Shown here piece by piece: positions 12,647 through 25,273 of a DNA stretch of 36,045 bases. A model generated the notes under the pieces. That model did no database searches, had not been told where the DNA came from, and saw only the letters and a program-made list of their open reading frames with translations. The DNA lies in contig MU619330.1 of the NCBI GenBank assembly GCA_025201805.1, positions 1-36,045 on the forward strand. The letters are read 5' to 3'. Position numbers and translations under genes: made by a program. How positions within the stretch are numbered: position 1 is the first letter of the stretch; every line of letters begins with the position of its first letter. The DNA is from Parasitella parasitica NRRL 2501 (taxonomy: Eukaryota; Fungi; Mucoromycota).

Positions 12647-15600
12647 ATGTCATCATCTACTGTAACTAAACCATATATAACAGAATCTTGGATTCATATG
12701 CAACAACATGGTTTATACAATAAATCAACAACAGAGAAAGAAGGGGTCAATAATAACAGAGGAGGAGCAGGAGGAGTCAGCGGAGGAAAGTACGCCAAAT
12801 CCACCGCTAGCAGCCGATCTCGTGCACTTGAATCATCCGAAGGTGGCATGAGCCAGTCTGGCATTTACGAGGCATTCGCAGAAGCAGATCGGTATGATGC
12901 CAAGAAAAATTTGAATACCAAAAAGTACATGGACACGCGAAGAAAAAGCACAACTCAAGTAGAGACAAATAGAAGAACCAGCTTGGCTGCAAGCGCATCT
13001 CCAAGACTAAATACAATCAATACTAAAAAGCCAAATGAATCAATTAATACAACAAAGAAACCCTCTTCCCTGATTCAAGGACGTAGACAAACACTTTCAG
13101 GCGCCTTATCTTCAGTTAAATCCAATGTAAATAGTAATGGCAATGGTAGCGGGATTAGCAGACTAGCGGACACACTACGTGATTCACTTGCTGCCGAACG
13201 AAAGCTAGCTCAGCAAGAGTTGAGTGAAAAAAGAGCCACAGCAGCAGCAGCAGCAGCAGCAGCAGGAACAACAGCAACAGCAGCAACAGCAGCAACCCGT
13301 GTCCAACAACAACAACAAAAACAAATACTAAACTCAGAACAAAATGTTGTAGATATGATAACTAGTGCTAAACGTAGATCCAGTATGACCAAAGAAAAAC
13401 TTCGCAGCTTAGATCAACCTACAACAAGAAGACGTACTCTCTCAAGCGGTGCTAATCTATTGACGCCCCTCACACCACCACAGAGACCAAAGCAAAGTCC
13501 CTCAGGCACGGCAAATGACCATCTCCCGGCCTCTGCTGCTAGTTACATGAAGCCAACATTAGCAGATCAGCAGCGTAGACACTCATTAGCTGAACAGCAG
13601 CGCAGACATTCATTGGCAGAGCAGCAGCGCAGAAAGTCAGTTGCGAATTCGCCGTTAGCGTCCAAATCAGCAGCAAGAAACACATCTTCGCCAAGAAGAA
13701 AGAACAACGCTATCCAAAAAGGAGCAGAGTCTCCCTCTTTGACTACCAGTGAAGACGATCCCGAGTCCTCGTCTCCTACTCACCTTAACAGCCCAGTGTC
13801 TGCATTAAAGAGAAGATCGATATTAGCTGCAGCTACTGCTAAGGCTCGTCAACTACACCAAAAACAACAACAATGTCCTGATTTAGTAAGTGCGACTGAG
13901 GAGGCTGTAACAGCAGCGGCGAGCAGCGGAGATGAGAAACCCTCCATCATAAACAGAGCATCAAGAACACGAAAGAAGTCGGTAGGACCAGAGACAGACG
14001 CATTGTACAACCGAAGAATGTCGAGAACTGAAAGCTTGAAAGAAGGGCTTCCCACTTCGCCCTCCATGATGGCCGCAAGAATGTCCAGAAGGAAAAGCGT
14101 GATTAAGCAAGAATCACCTATTAACCCTGCACCCCCAAGTAAACGTTGGTCTAAAGAGAATGGTAACACAACAGGAGATGAACAGAACCATCAGACACAA
14201 AGAAAGACGACTGCTAGAAAACGTGGCATTGTAAATATTTGTATAATACCAAGCAGATAGCGATACTAATACGTACATGATAGACATTACCTGGCAGTCT
14301 GGCAAAGCCTCCCAGTGTTCCCTCGAAACAGCTGCCTCCTATGAAGGTGGAGCCGATCAAGCTGAACATGCCCAAACCCAATTCAAAGAGAACTCCCAAA
14401 TCTCCATCTGTTAAAGCGACTGTCAGTACAAACCGATTGGCCACCAAGAAGCGAATGTCCATGTCCTCTGCCAACACAACTCCAGTGCCAGCTAGTTCAT
14501 CTTCGTCATCATCTGCCGAAGCTACTGTTGTAACACCACCCAAAGCGTCCATCTCGACAAGAAAGGCAAAAGGCCAGAGTCACTTGGGCATCACCACATC
14601 AAGACGTGCATCACTGAAAGCGCCATCGTCCACAACCGTCATTACGCCTCCATTAAAATCGTCTCCTGCGTCTGCATCCCCGCGTGTACAACCCGCATCA
14701 ACACGTCGTCCAAGTCTATTAGATGCAGTCAATAAATCATCGCTTCGATCTGCTTCGATCCAACAGCAAGATGAGCCTGATTTATCAAGAAAGTCCAGCG
14801 CTTCCAGGTATTCTCCTAGCAGCCGAAAGAACTCTTTGGCTGACGAATCTTCAGTTGATAAAGATAAAGGTACTTGCTGCATATTAGATCATCGATTATT
14901 TAGTTTAATTAAATGCACAAGTAGGGCGTTACCGTGCTATTAGTCTCCGTGAAAAGTTGGAGGCCATGGTAGCCCAGCATGCAATTCATGAGGATGACAG
15001 TAAAGCCAGCCGTCGATCACCAAGTGCTTATGTGTCGGGCGAGTATAGATCGCGCAAGAGCCAGTCATACGATATAGAGGAGAAATACATTCATTTGCTT
15101 ACGGCAGAAGAAAGAGCACGTCCACAGCGCATCAAGGACACGTTACTGATGTGGGATAAGGAAATGGTGGAAGCATTCAGCCCAGGTATCCCCAAGTCTC
15201 CCTCCATTGCTATCAAATTCTATGGTCATCATCTGAGTCCATTTGAGCAGAATGAAATCCATAGCTATCCAGAGGTTTATTTCGTTGCTCAGCATGCAAA
15301 GAAGCACCAGGCTATGCCAGATAACTCTGCCCTGAACTACGGCTATGACGACGAGCGTGGGGACTACAAGAGCGTTATAAACGACCACTTGGCCTATCGC
15401 TACGAAATACTGGAAGAGTTGGGCCGAGGATCATTTGGCCAAGTAGTTAAATGCTACGACCACAAAACTGCGTCTACCGTAGCTGTCAAATTGATCAGAA
15501 ACAAAAGGCGATTCTACGCTCAAGCCAAAACCGAGGTCAAAATTCTGAGCGATCTAGTGAAATGGGATCCTGAAGACAGACACCATAACGTAAGAATGAC

Positions 15601-16554
15601 TGATAGTTTCAATTTCAGAAATCATCTGTGTATTGCCTGCGAATGTTTAAGCATGAATTTGTACGAATTCATCAAGATCAACAACTTTCAAGGATTTCAT
15701 ATTACTTTGATCAAGAGATTCACCATCCAGTTGCTTCGATCCTTGTCATTACTATCTCGGCATGGCGTAATTCATTGTGATTTGAAGCCAGAGGTATGTC
15801 TGACTGCATTGTCATTGTTTGTTTGATATTCACGAACTTTTAGAACATTTTGCTGAAACACCCTACCAAGAGTACAATCAAGGTTATTGATTTTGGCAGT
15901 AGCTGCTTGGAGAACCAGCGAGTCTATACATACATTCAGAGCCGATTTTACAGATCACCCGAGATCATATTGGGGTTAGACTATACTATGGCTATTGACA
16001 TGTGGAGTTTGGGTTGCATCATTGCTGAGCTGTACACAGGAGTGCCTATATTCCCTGGTGAAAATGAGCAAGAACAATTAGCATGCATTATGGAAGTACT
16101 GGGTGTCCCTGATCAAGAGCTGATCCAGATGAGCGAGAGACGCAATCTCTTTTTCGGTATGTATCATGCAACATTATTTGTGCATATGTTCACATGCAAC
16201 TGACTATGACTAAATATAGATCGTCGTGGTGAACCTCGTGTGGTGTGCAATTCGCGTGGAAAGAAGCGCAGGGCTGGCACAAAGAGTCTCAATCAAGCTC
16301 TCCGCTGCAACGACACATTATTCCTTGATTTTATCCAACAATGCTTTCAATGGGACCCTACCAAGCGGCTCAGCCCTGAAAAAGCATTCCAACACGAATG
16401 GATATTACAGTCAACTCGACCTACTGCAGTCAGAAGCTCTCCAGACGAACCATCTCAGAATGGCACTGCTGATGTCGCGGCCACTTCACCAAGACCAAAT
16501 ACTTTGATACAGAAACAATCTACAGATACCACTTCAAACAACGAGTATGCATAA
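12647..16554 (+). CDS. Dual-specificity tyrosine-regulated kinase (class 2 DYRK, Pom1/DYRK2-like), about 1229 aa; exons 12647-14230, 14284-14869, 14922-15793, 15844-16156, 16220-16554
   Basis: DH box [35 protein letters not shown] (split by an intron), DFGSSC and activation loop [13 protein letters not shown]. Long basic, low-complexity N-terminus. Confidence 0.95.
13559..13639 (+). repeat. 3 x 27-nt coding tandem repeat ([27 protein letters not shown])
   Basis: Three units visible in both DNA and protein. Confidence 0.95.
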
Positions 16555-17313
16555 TTAATCCTTTTCTATGTCTTATTTTCCTTTTTTTTTTTTTTCGTTT
16601 TGCTAATAATCCCTATATACTTATACATATATTATCATGATATCATAGTAGTGCTGTATATATATAGTGTTACATATTTTCTTTCCTGCTTTCTTTTCGT
16701 AAAAATGTACTGTATATCCCTTCTTATCCATCATACCTCTTCAACTACATATTCAATAAAGTTACAATGAAAAGATGTCAATATTGTTAAAGCCGAGCCG
16801 TGTTAGATAGCTAATTATCAAAGGCGTATATTGTGCCTAAGCATCTCAAAAAAAGCTACACAACAAAGAGTGTTATAATTACTCTATCACATCATAAAAA
16901 TATCCAAATACTTGCATACGAAACCAAATTGCTCAAAACAACTATACATGTTTACCAATTATGAATACACAATCTAACAATGCTATCAGCTGAGGAAATA
17001 CTATCATCTCCCTTTTCATTATACCCAAAATATTAATCATGAGAGACCAAATTATACTAACTGCACAAGCTATTACGGTAAGATATGATGAGGCCAGGTG
17101 TTTATGCTGTATTTTAGATCTGATAGAGTTATCGAGAATAAAATTGATTATGTCAAGTCAAAACCATGAATGATTTGCAGAAGCATTGAAAAATCAATAT
17201 GAATTTGAACCGTTTATTTGAAAGCATGATTAAATCTCGCATGATTGAAGCAAATCACTGATTATATCACCCTCACCATGAAGCTCTCCTCCTGTTGTTG
17301 TCAATATGAGTCT

Positions 17314-17347
<34 letters not shown>

Positions 17348-17357
17348 NNNNNNNNNN
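17348..17357. other. Assembly gap (10 N) after a poly-T tract
   Basis: N run in the sequence. Confidence 1.
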
Positions 17358-18562
17358 AGACAGGTAAAATTTCAAGCGTCCAATGTGCGTTAAATACCAG
17401 AGGCACAATGTAGACAGTGCAGGTGCACCAGATGAAGAAGTTGTACCATTTTACATCGCTCGTCAAACCCGTGTATTCATAAAGAATGATTCTTTCACTG
17501 ACATCAAATACACGTACCTATAAAAATATCATATTTCAGGGGGAAAATACAACGTAATGTGGCTGTTTTATCAAGATGTGCCTGAAATGCCAACACCCAT
17601 TTGCCAATGCTCTGAGTAACATTAAACATATTCCCTAAGCCCTTTGATTTTGATGGTCGATTTGCATCAGGCAGATCACATTAGAAATTAAAATCTTTAA
17701 ACTATTGGCAATTTGACCCCAAAGATAAAACATCTCATCAGATATTGCTTGAAAAAAGAGCCATCACATGCAAGAGCCTACATGGCTTTAATCTATCACG
17801 GGTTACATGAGATCTATAATAAACTTACGGCAATATTCGCCTGCGGTGGCAGATGAAACCCGTCAGCTAGCGCCACAATGAACTGCCTAAAATTATTGTC
17901 ATTTGAGTTTGTACTAGCAGCACGCAAGAGCGCTCAGGCTCAAAAGAAACTCATCTCATCTTGTGACGGATGTAACGGTTAACACAAGTCTTGACGTTTT
18001 ACTGCACGGTGACATAACATGACATGTGCATTTAAAATAAAAGAACCACCCGATGCTAGTAGTAATATTTGCTAGAGAACCAGCAGAGCTATTTTATAAT
18101 ATATTCACGAATCGAGTATTTGTACTACTATAATAGCTTTAAAAAGAAGTACACAAAAACATTGAACGTACATACTGTACATGTAAATGCAGGTATAATG
18201 AATATTGGTATTCTCGATTGATAAATTGACAGATGCTGTTGCTAAATTGAGGGGAACTATTTGAATAATAAATGGTCATGACACCATATTTCTCAATCTC
18301 TCCATCTCTCGTTCTTTGTCTATTTTCTGAATTTCGGTGATTGTGCATCCGTAAGAAAAAAATATGCTAGTAGTTTTACAAATGATGACCATGTCGGTCT
18401 ATTAAGATTGTGTGTAATGCGGAACACGTTTGTAACTCTTGTGTTTTGTTTTTTCTTTTTGGCTTCTTCCCATTTATATACATCATCATCACCCACGCCC
18501 TTCTTTTTCATTATTTCTAGTATAAAGGAAATGACATCTTGTCTTGAAAAACATTGTGAAAA

Positions 18563-18872
18563 ATGCCTTGTTTTAATGCCCAAACTATTAAAACCATATG
18601 GGAAGAGCCAGAACAGGATTACCTGAACGAGACGACCAATAGAAACACAAAGTATAGTCAAGACATCACAAGGCGTTTTGAGTATAACAAAGACAAAGAC
18701 CAGCAAGAAGAACCACTGGATAATGATCATCATTATTTATCAAGCAATGTTGATCTCTCACAAACCAGCAGCTGCAGGCAGCAAGAAAGCGGAGTATTTA
18801 TAGCCACCTGTTGTTGTGTAAATGCTGGTTATGCTTCTCTGACTGATACTACTGCACCAGCAGCATTTCAGC

Positions 18873-18912
<40 letters not shown>

Positions 18913-21004
18913 GCCTGACATTAATAGACAATTACCTTGTTTCTCTTCTTCCCTAAACATGTATCACCACCACCACCATCACCAACGCTTACCTTCCACA
19001 TCCACCTCTACGTCCTGTTCATCCTACACATCTCGTATGATGCTGCTAGACGACGGTATACTGTCTTCGTCCCTGCCTGCCACTGCCAACACCATCGGCT
19101 TGTATCATGAAAACACTGGAGACAGCATCTTGATGAAACAAGCGCTTAAACAAGCACAGCAAAGAAAACGGAGAGAAAGTATAGGCGAAGTTGTCACAAC
19201 CCGAAAACGGCCCGCATCTACATCGGTTATTACACCCAGACTAACAAAATCATCCATTTTACAAACTAATACTAATAATAATAATAACAACAACAACAAC
19301 AGCAACCGAAAAAGATCGTTTTCGAGTAACAACAACCGAAGAAAGTATTACTCCCTGCAACAGCCTCTCAGTCAACACGAGCGAAACAAACTGGCTTCTT
19401 TGGAGCCGTCATTGTTGTCGTCCTCGTTTCCCAACAGCACACCACCAGGGGCAGGAGTCCATTGGGATCCTCACATCGATGCTTTCGAAATTCTCAGAGC
19501 CAAAATCACAGGGATCACGCGATCCATGCAGGAGTTTCATGTTCAGGAGCTTTTTCATGATGAGATTATGGGACGACAAGCCGTACGGATTATGCCATCC
19601 AGCACCATTTCGTCTCCCCTCGTTACCACAGACTCTCGACACGGCAACAAGCGACAGTTCAAAGCAAGAAGATCCAGCCTGGCAAACCTATGTGAAAACA
19701 ACTCGCTTTATTACGGGCATCGACGCATTCGCTCGCACAGTGCAGTTCCCAACGATGTTGATAGCGAGCAAGATGATGCCGATGATGACGACGGCAACAA
19801 ACAAGAGGAAGATGAAACGGTAACAAGATCGTTGAACCACTACCGAATGCATCAGGATCAAGGCCAGGATGACACACAAGTAGAAAGGCTGTTGAAAAGC
19901 CCTAATCTAACAGCACTATTTACAACTACCAATAGTCTGATCAACTCTCGTCTCGACGAGCTATCTGAAACAGCAAGCATACGATCCAACGCATCTCAGC
20001 GTGAATGGCAGAAACACTTTCTCAGCCTTGTCACCAGTTGCATACAACAATCTGAAGCACTCGAGTCACTGTCCACGAACGTCCTCAATGCCGAACACCG
20101 CGTGCGAGAGCTCATGCTGGTCAATGACACCATCCACGAGCAATTCACTTCAAGAGAGAAGCAGTACGAAGAGCGTATTCGAGAGTGCCAGCAGGTGGCC
20201 CACCAGCAGCTAGTCATGATCGATTCGCTGGAGGAGCTGACGGCTGATATCAACATGAAGATGGAGTCTCGTCGACGGGAGATACACCGACAGGAAGCCC
20301 TAAGAGCACTGGATGCCAACGCCATATTGCGGGACGAGGAGCTGCGAGAGCAAGAACAACAGAACGAAAGATGGAACTTTCAAAAATCCGTGTCAGATTT
20401 GTTAAATATGGACGACAAACACGATGTGATCCAAAAGATGAGATGGGAAGTCGGCATGTTTGTTGGGGGCGGTGTGGGCACAGGGCATGTTATCCACTCG
20501 TATCAGAATAAGCTGAACGGAATAGACATCATGATTGCAGGCACCGGTACCACCACCATGCCGTATCCCGACTATCAGAGCTGCGTCGACGCAGAAGAGG
20601 ACGACGACGATGACAACGCACGAGAGGAAGAGCGGGGCCAGACTGCGTCGCTTTCGATCTCGCCATCCATCCGTCATATTAGGCTGTATCAGCACCGCTA
20701 CATCCTGCATCTCAGCACAAGAGACAGGCAAACAAGGTTCTCAATGTTACCCAAATGTCTCTGGATACCCGATCATGAAGCAAACCAATGCCAATTTCAA
20801 CAAACCAAACACCATATGCCATGTAACACAAGATTTACGTTTTTTCAAAGAAAGCATCACTGTAGAAAATGCGGCTCCATCGTTTGTCATAGACACAGTG
20901 CCAATAGACTGCCATTGTTCAATCCTTCCAAGAAATACAGTCTTGCAGGTCAATGGAGCCGAGTATGTGATGCTTGCTTTTATGACTTGATTATGCATAA
21001 ATAA
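18563..21004 (+). CDS. Coiled-coil plus C-terminal FYVE zinc-finger protein, 813 aa, apparently intronless
   Basis: FYVE signature WIPD...FTFFQRKHHCRKCGSIVC...RVCDAC. Central Glu/Gln/Arg-rich coiled-coil region; polyQ, polyH and polyN tracts in the N-terminus. The start codon is not certain. Confidence 0.9.
18872..18910 (+). repeat. (CAA)n microsatellite encoding polyQ in the FYVE protein
   Basis: Read directly from the sequence. Confidence 0.95.
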
Positions 21005-21168
21005 GCTAATAAACAGAAATCAATAAATCCCTTTCATTCTTTAATTTATTTCATGCACTGTATGATACGTGCGTATGTGTGTGAGAGTGTACATGTAAGA
21101 GCGTATATGTGTGCGTGCGTGTATGTTTATGTATCTATATGTTGAGTTGAGGTTGTGTATGTATATAA

Positions 21169-21170
<2 letters not shown>

Positions 21171-21204
<34 letters not shown>
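21171..21204. repeat. (GT)17 microsatellite between the convergent FYVE and TEA genes
   Basis: Read directly from the sequence. Confidence 0.95.
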
Positions 21205-21214
<10 letters not shown>

Positions 21215-21421
21215 GTTTATATATATACCAAGAAGAAACAAAAAAAAAAAAGATAGGGTTCATAGTGTTATTCATAAGGTCATGGTGTATATATATAAGG
21301 CGAGGAAGGAAAGGGATGTCAAGAGATCTTTATATATAAAATATAGACAATCGAAAGAGTTGAGTGTGGGTATATAATTAATTCTAAGGCATAGAACAAA
21401 ATAGAAAATGGGCGCAACTGA

Positions 21422-23286
21422 TTAGGGATCATGGTCAAGGAAATCCAGGTCATCGATGTCTTCGCTTTTTGCTGGCTGTCCTGATGTTTTGCCAGCAATG
21501 CTGGATACTTCAATGACGCCGTTGCCTCTTTCGAATTCATAGACCATGACAAGCAAAGGATCCATTTTGCTTTCAACATCTTCAAAGGACTATAGTGTAC
21601 GTTAGCTTTCAGCATTATCAGACATGCGTGCATTACGTACCTGAACAATGCACAGATTATTAATAGCAATGTCTACTTCGTCCCAAGACTTCAGAGATCG
21701 GATGCCCTTCATGAAGGCGTCGAAAAACTGATTCACAAAGACAAAGCTATACATGTATTTTCCTTCATTGACCCAGAGCGCTTGCTGCACCTCTTTTGAT
21801 TCCAGGACAACGTTGCCAAACGAATAGATGGTGGTAGTGCATTCGATCGTGCGACGAGCCTTGGTCTCGAAAAACGACGTGTTGTTGAAGGCAAAGTCTG
21901 CAATGGAGAGGCTCAGGTCCAGCTTAGTTTTGGCAACGAGGGTGTTGAGAGAGGCTAATGTTGAAATCAGCGGGCATTTGTCAGCAGAGATGGCAGTGTC
22001 TTTGGAGACAGAGGCAATGTTAGCAGCATGACAGTGAGGGAGCTGAGACAGATTGTGGGACAATGGACGGCACGAGGGATCATAGGGGAGGGTGTACTCC
22101 AAATACAAGCACAGGTAATTGGGCCACAAGGGATACTGCTCTTGCATACCGTCGCTCAATGACTTTCTTTTCAGGCTGTCGGTTGTGATCTCTGAAGAGA
22201 TTGATTTATCTTTGAGCATGTCTAAGCTATGGATCAGCAGCTCTTGTTCTGCCGATGTGATGGCCAGTTGCTGGTCTTCTTCCAGCAAAGGCGTGGCAAG
22301 AAAGTCTGTGTTGGCGGCGGCTGTGGAACCAAAGAACGGATCTGCCATTAGGTTTAAATCAAGGGGATTCATACTGACTGGGCTGGGGAATAGAGTTTGT
22401 TGCATAGGATCATACATGTCTTTGAATTGGAGCATCGAGAGAACTTGTTGCTGTTGCTGCTGGTCGTTGTACATGATGTCAAATACATAGTCGGTTGGTG
22501 AGGGCGATGAGTTGATGGAGGAGTCATCAGAAGACAGCGAATCAACGGATTGGTAGGTTTTCATCTTGACGCCCATGTGGTGTGGATGACGATGATAATG
22601 TTTTGGCATATGCATAGCACGGTTGTAGTGAGAAGAACGAACTTTAGGTTTGGTGGTTGGAATGTTGGTTCCGTCGTCATTATCAGCAGAGTCTGTCAAT
22701 AAGCGCATGACTAGATGTAATAGATATAAATATGCACATGTTAATTAACCGTATACGATTTTTTTTTTTTTTTTTTTTTAGAAAATAAAACTTACAGTGA
22801 GAGTCCCCTTTGCGAGTATTTTTTAATACTTGAATATGAGACGATACTTGCTTTCTTGTACGAACTTTGCAGGTTTTGCGATAGATAAAGTCAGAGATCA
22901 ATTCATTGCGGCCGCAGGGTTTGCCGTTGACGAGTATTTTTCGTCTACCCAACTTGGGGATGGATTCCAATGCTATGTATAAAAAAAAAAAAAAAAAAAA
23001 GGGGGAGAGGGAGGATTTAGTCTTTGGTAAGAAATGTAACCGATAAAGCAAGTGTATATGTACCTTCAATAAATGCGGACTCGACATCAGGTGGCCAAAC
23101 TTGCTCTTCTTTGTCTTTGCTGTTGTTATTTGACATGTCATTGACATTTAATCCGACCATCAAATCACTGTTTGTGCTCATCATTGAATCTTTTCTTAAT
23201 GGTTGGTGATGAAAATGTCTGGCTCTCTTGTCTTTATGCTGATTGCTGTTGTTGAAGAAAAAGTCTTGAGGGCAGGAGGCGAGCAT
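21422..23286 (-). CDS. TEA/ATTS-domain transcription factor with C-terminal TEAD YAP-binding-like domain, about 545 aa; exons 23286-23064, 22972-22796, 22710-21641, 21589-21422
   Basis: TEA domain [24 protein letters not shown]...[30 protein letters not shown] across GT..AG introns. C-terminus [20 protein letters not shown]...NNLCIVQ...LLVMVYEFE. The start ATG is inferred. Confidence 0.93.
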
Positions 23287-24313
23287 AATGTAATTATAGT
23301 TTAAAGAAATAAAAAAGATAGAAAGGGAAAGAGAGATGTGCAAAGAACAAAAAATAAACTGCTTCTTTTTATATTATAGAAATGAACGAATACCATGTAG
23401 AATGAAACGCTCGTTTTTTTTTAATGTATTATTATTTACATTAGTTTTTTTTTTAATTAAAATCATAATCATAACAACCTGGATTATTTATCTCACTTTC
23501 TTTTCTGCATCGGTATCATATTATTTATGATATGTGGATACAAGCCAATATCAAGTCTGTAATGTATGTATATCCAGAAATAGAGGCGAAACCAAAAAAA
23601 AATCAGTATTACACAAAATGGCATGATACACACGTCCCTTTTTTTCGAATCAAAATGATATGACATTCATTTCTAAATGTTGTTTGTGTGTATGTGTTTA
23701 TGTGTGGAATGAAATCTATATGTATAAATACGGTAGACATGGCTCTCGATCATACATTTAAACGGATAAAAACCCTTTTTCTAAATTAAGCATTATTAAA
23801 CCCTTTTTTATATAGAGAGCCTTTTTTTTTTTTTTAATTAACCAGCCAAATGATATTCTACGACCTATATACAATAAATTCAGGGGATGTAAAATGAGTA
23901 CCATACTATCGATTAAATTCAATTTACGTTTGATGAATTTGACATGGATCACAGGTTCAGGGTTAAAAATTAGACATGAAGAAAAAAAAAAAAAAAAAAA
24001 GTGGCGGGTAAGATGGTCGTGCTACATTTTGCATTGTATGCATGAAATGTCTTGAGTAAATATTTATGTCCGTTAGTCCTATATGCTTTCTTTTTTTTCT
24101 CAAGTTGCTATATCCGTAATTCAATAATTTCTATAATAATGGTAATAATAATAATAGTGTAGAATAATATATTTATATATATGCATATCTTCAAAAAGAA
24201 AATACATTCAAGAAAAAAAAAGAAAAAAAAAAAAAAGGGTATAACAAGTGAAATCAATCAACATTTCTCCAAAAAGGACAAATGATTTGTTTGTGTATAC
24301 ATGTACTTTGAAA

Positions 24314-25233
24314 TCAAAACTGACCGCTGCTACTGGCGTTGTTGTCTCTGCGAAGGTTCATTTTCTTCTTTTGTGATTTTGCAACATAATATTTCAGCAG
24401 ATTAAGTTGGTCCTCTCTAAAATCGGCCAAAAATAGATATATATCATCTCCAATAACTTCATGAAATGCGACAATTGCATCAATGCACGATTTTCTTATG
24501 TTGATGAGCGAGTGGTTGACGGCCTGTGTAATTGTATTAGACTATATATGTAGAGAAGCTCTTGTCCAAGTAGTATACCTTGAAGATTGCATTTACACCC
24601 CCTCGCTTAGTGAGCCACTCGTCAATGTAAAAGGTTTCGTTTATTTCCTTGACCCATTTTGCAACATACGTAAAAGCAGAGCCGACAGGGTGGTATCGAA
24701 CATCGGTCCATTCTTCGTTGCAAGGCAATATTAATAGTCGATAAATAATAAATGCCATTAGCATTTCGAAAGCCGTGGGAGGGTTTAGCGTCCCAAGAAC
24801 TGCATCCAGTGCATCTTCTGCAGCGACGCAAATCTAAACCGAGATGGGGTAAATAAACAAGACATTATCATCACAAAAAAATAAATAAATAAACAAATAA
24901 AAGCACTTACAGTGGGATTGTCGTTGCATCGAATTTCCAGTAATTTCTCCATCAATTGAGACTCTAAGCTCCTGCCTTGGTCATCCAACTTTCGCTCATA
25001 ATAACGGAACAAGCCAGTTTGAGTTACTGCCAGTTGTCGAATGCATTCTAGTGCCACTGTGTTGTTGTTCAGATGAGGAATAATCGCCTGAACCACTTCT
25101 ACAAAATTCCCAGCATCGCCTTGTGCTCCAGCCCATGTTTCGCTCCCACTTTCTTCTATGCCTCCTTGATCCCATCTGCGTCGAATGGGAACTTCTTTGA
25201 ATAGGCGAGTTAATTTACGAAATGTATCTGCAT

Positions 25234-25273
<40 letters not shown>

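Noticed and set aside
17085-17123. ATGATGA...CTGA as a C/D-box snoRNA
   Set aside because: The boxes are too close together, with no terminal stem or recognisable rRNA guide.
19105-20998. Multiple overlapping ORFs within the FYVE gene (similar ones in DYRK and TEA)
   Set aside because: Shadow ORFs expected in GC-richer coding DNA, with no independent features.
21041-21377. HTHTHT / VCVCVC ORFs (also at 4743-5055)
   Set aside because: Translations of dinucleotide microsatellites.
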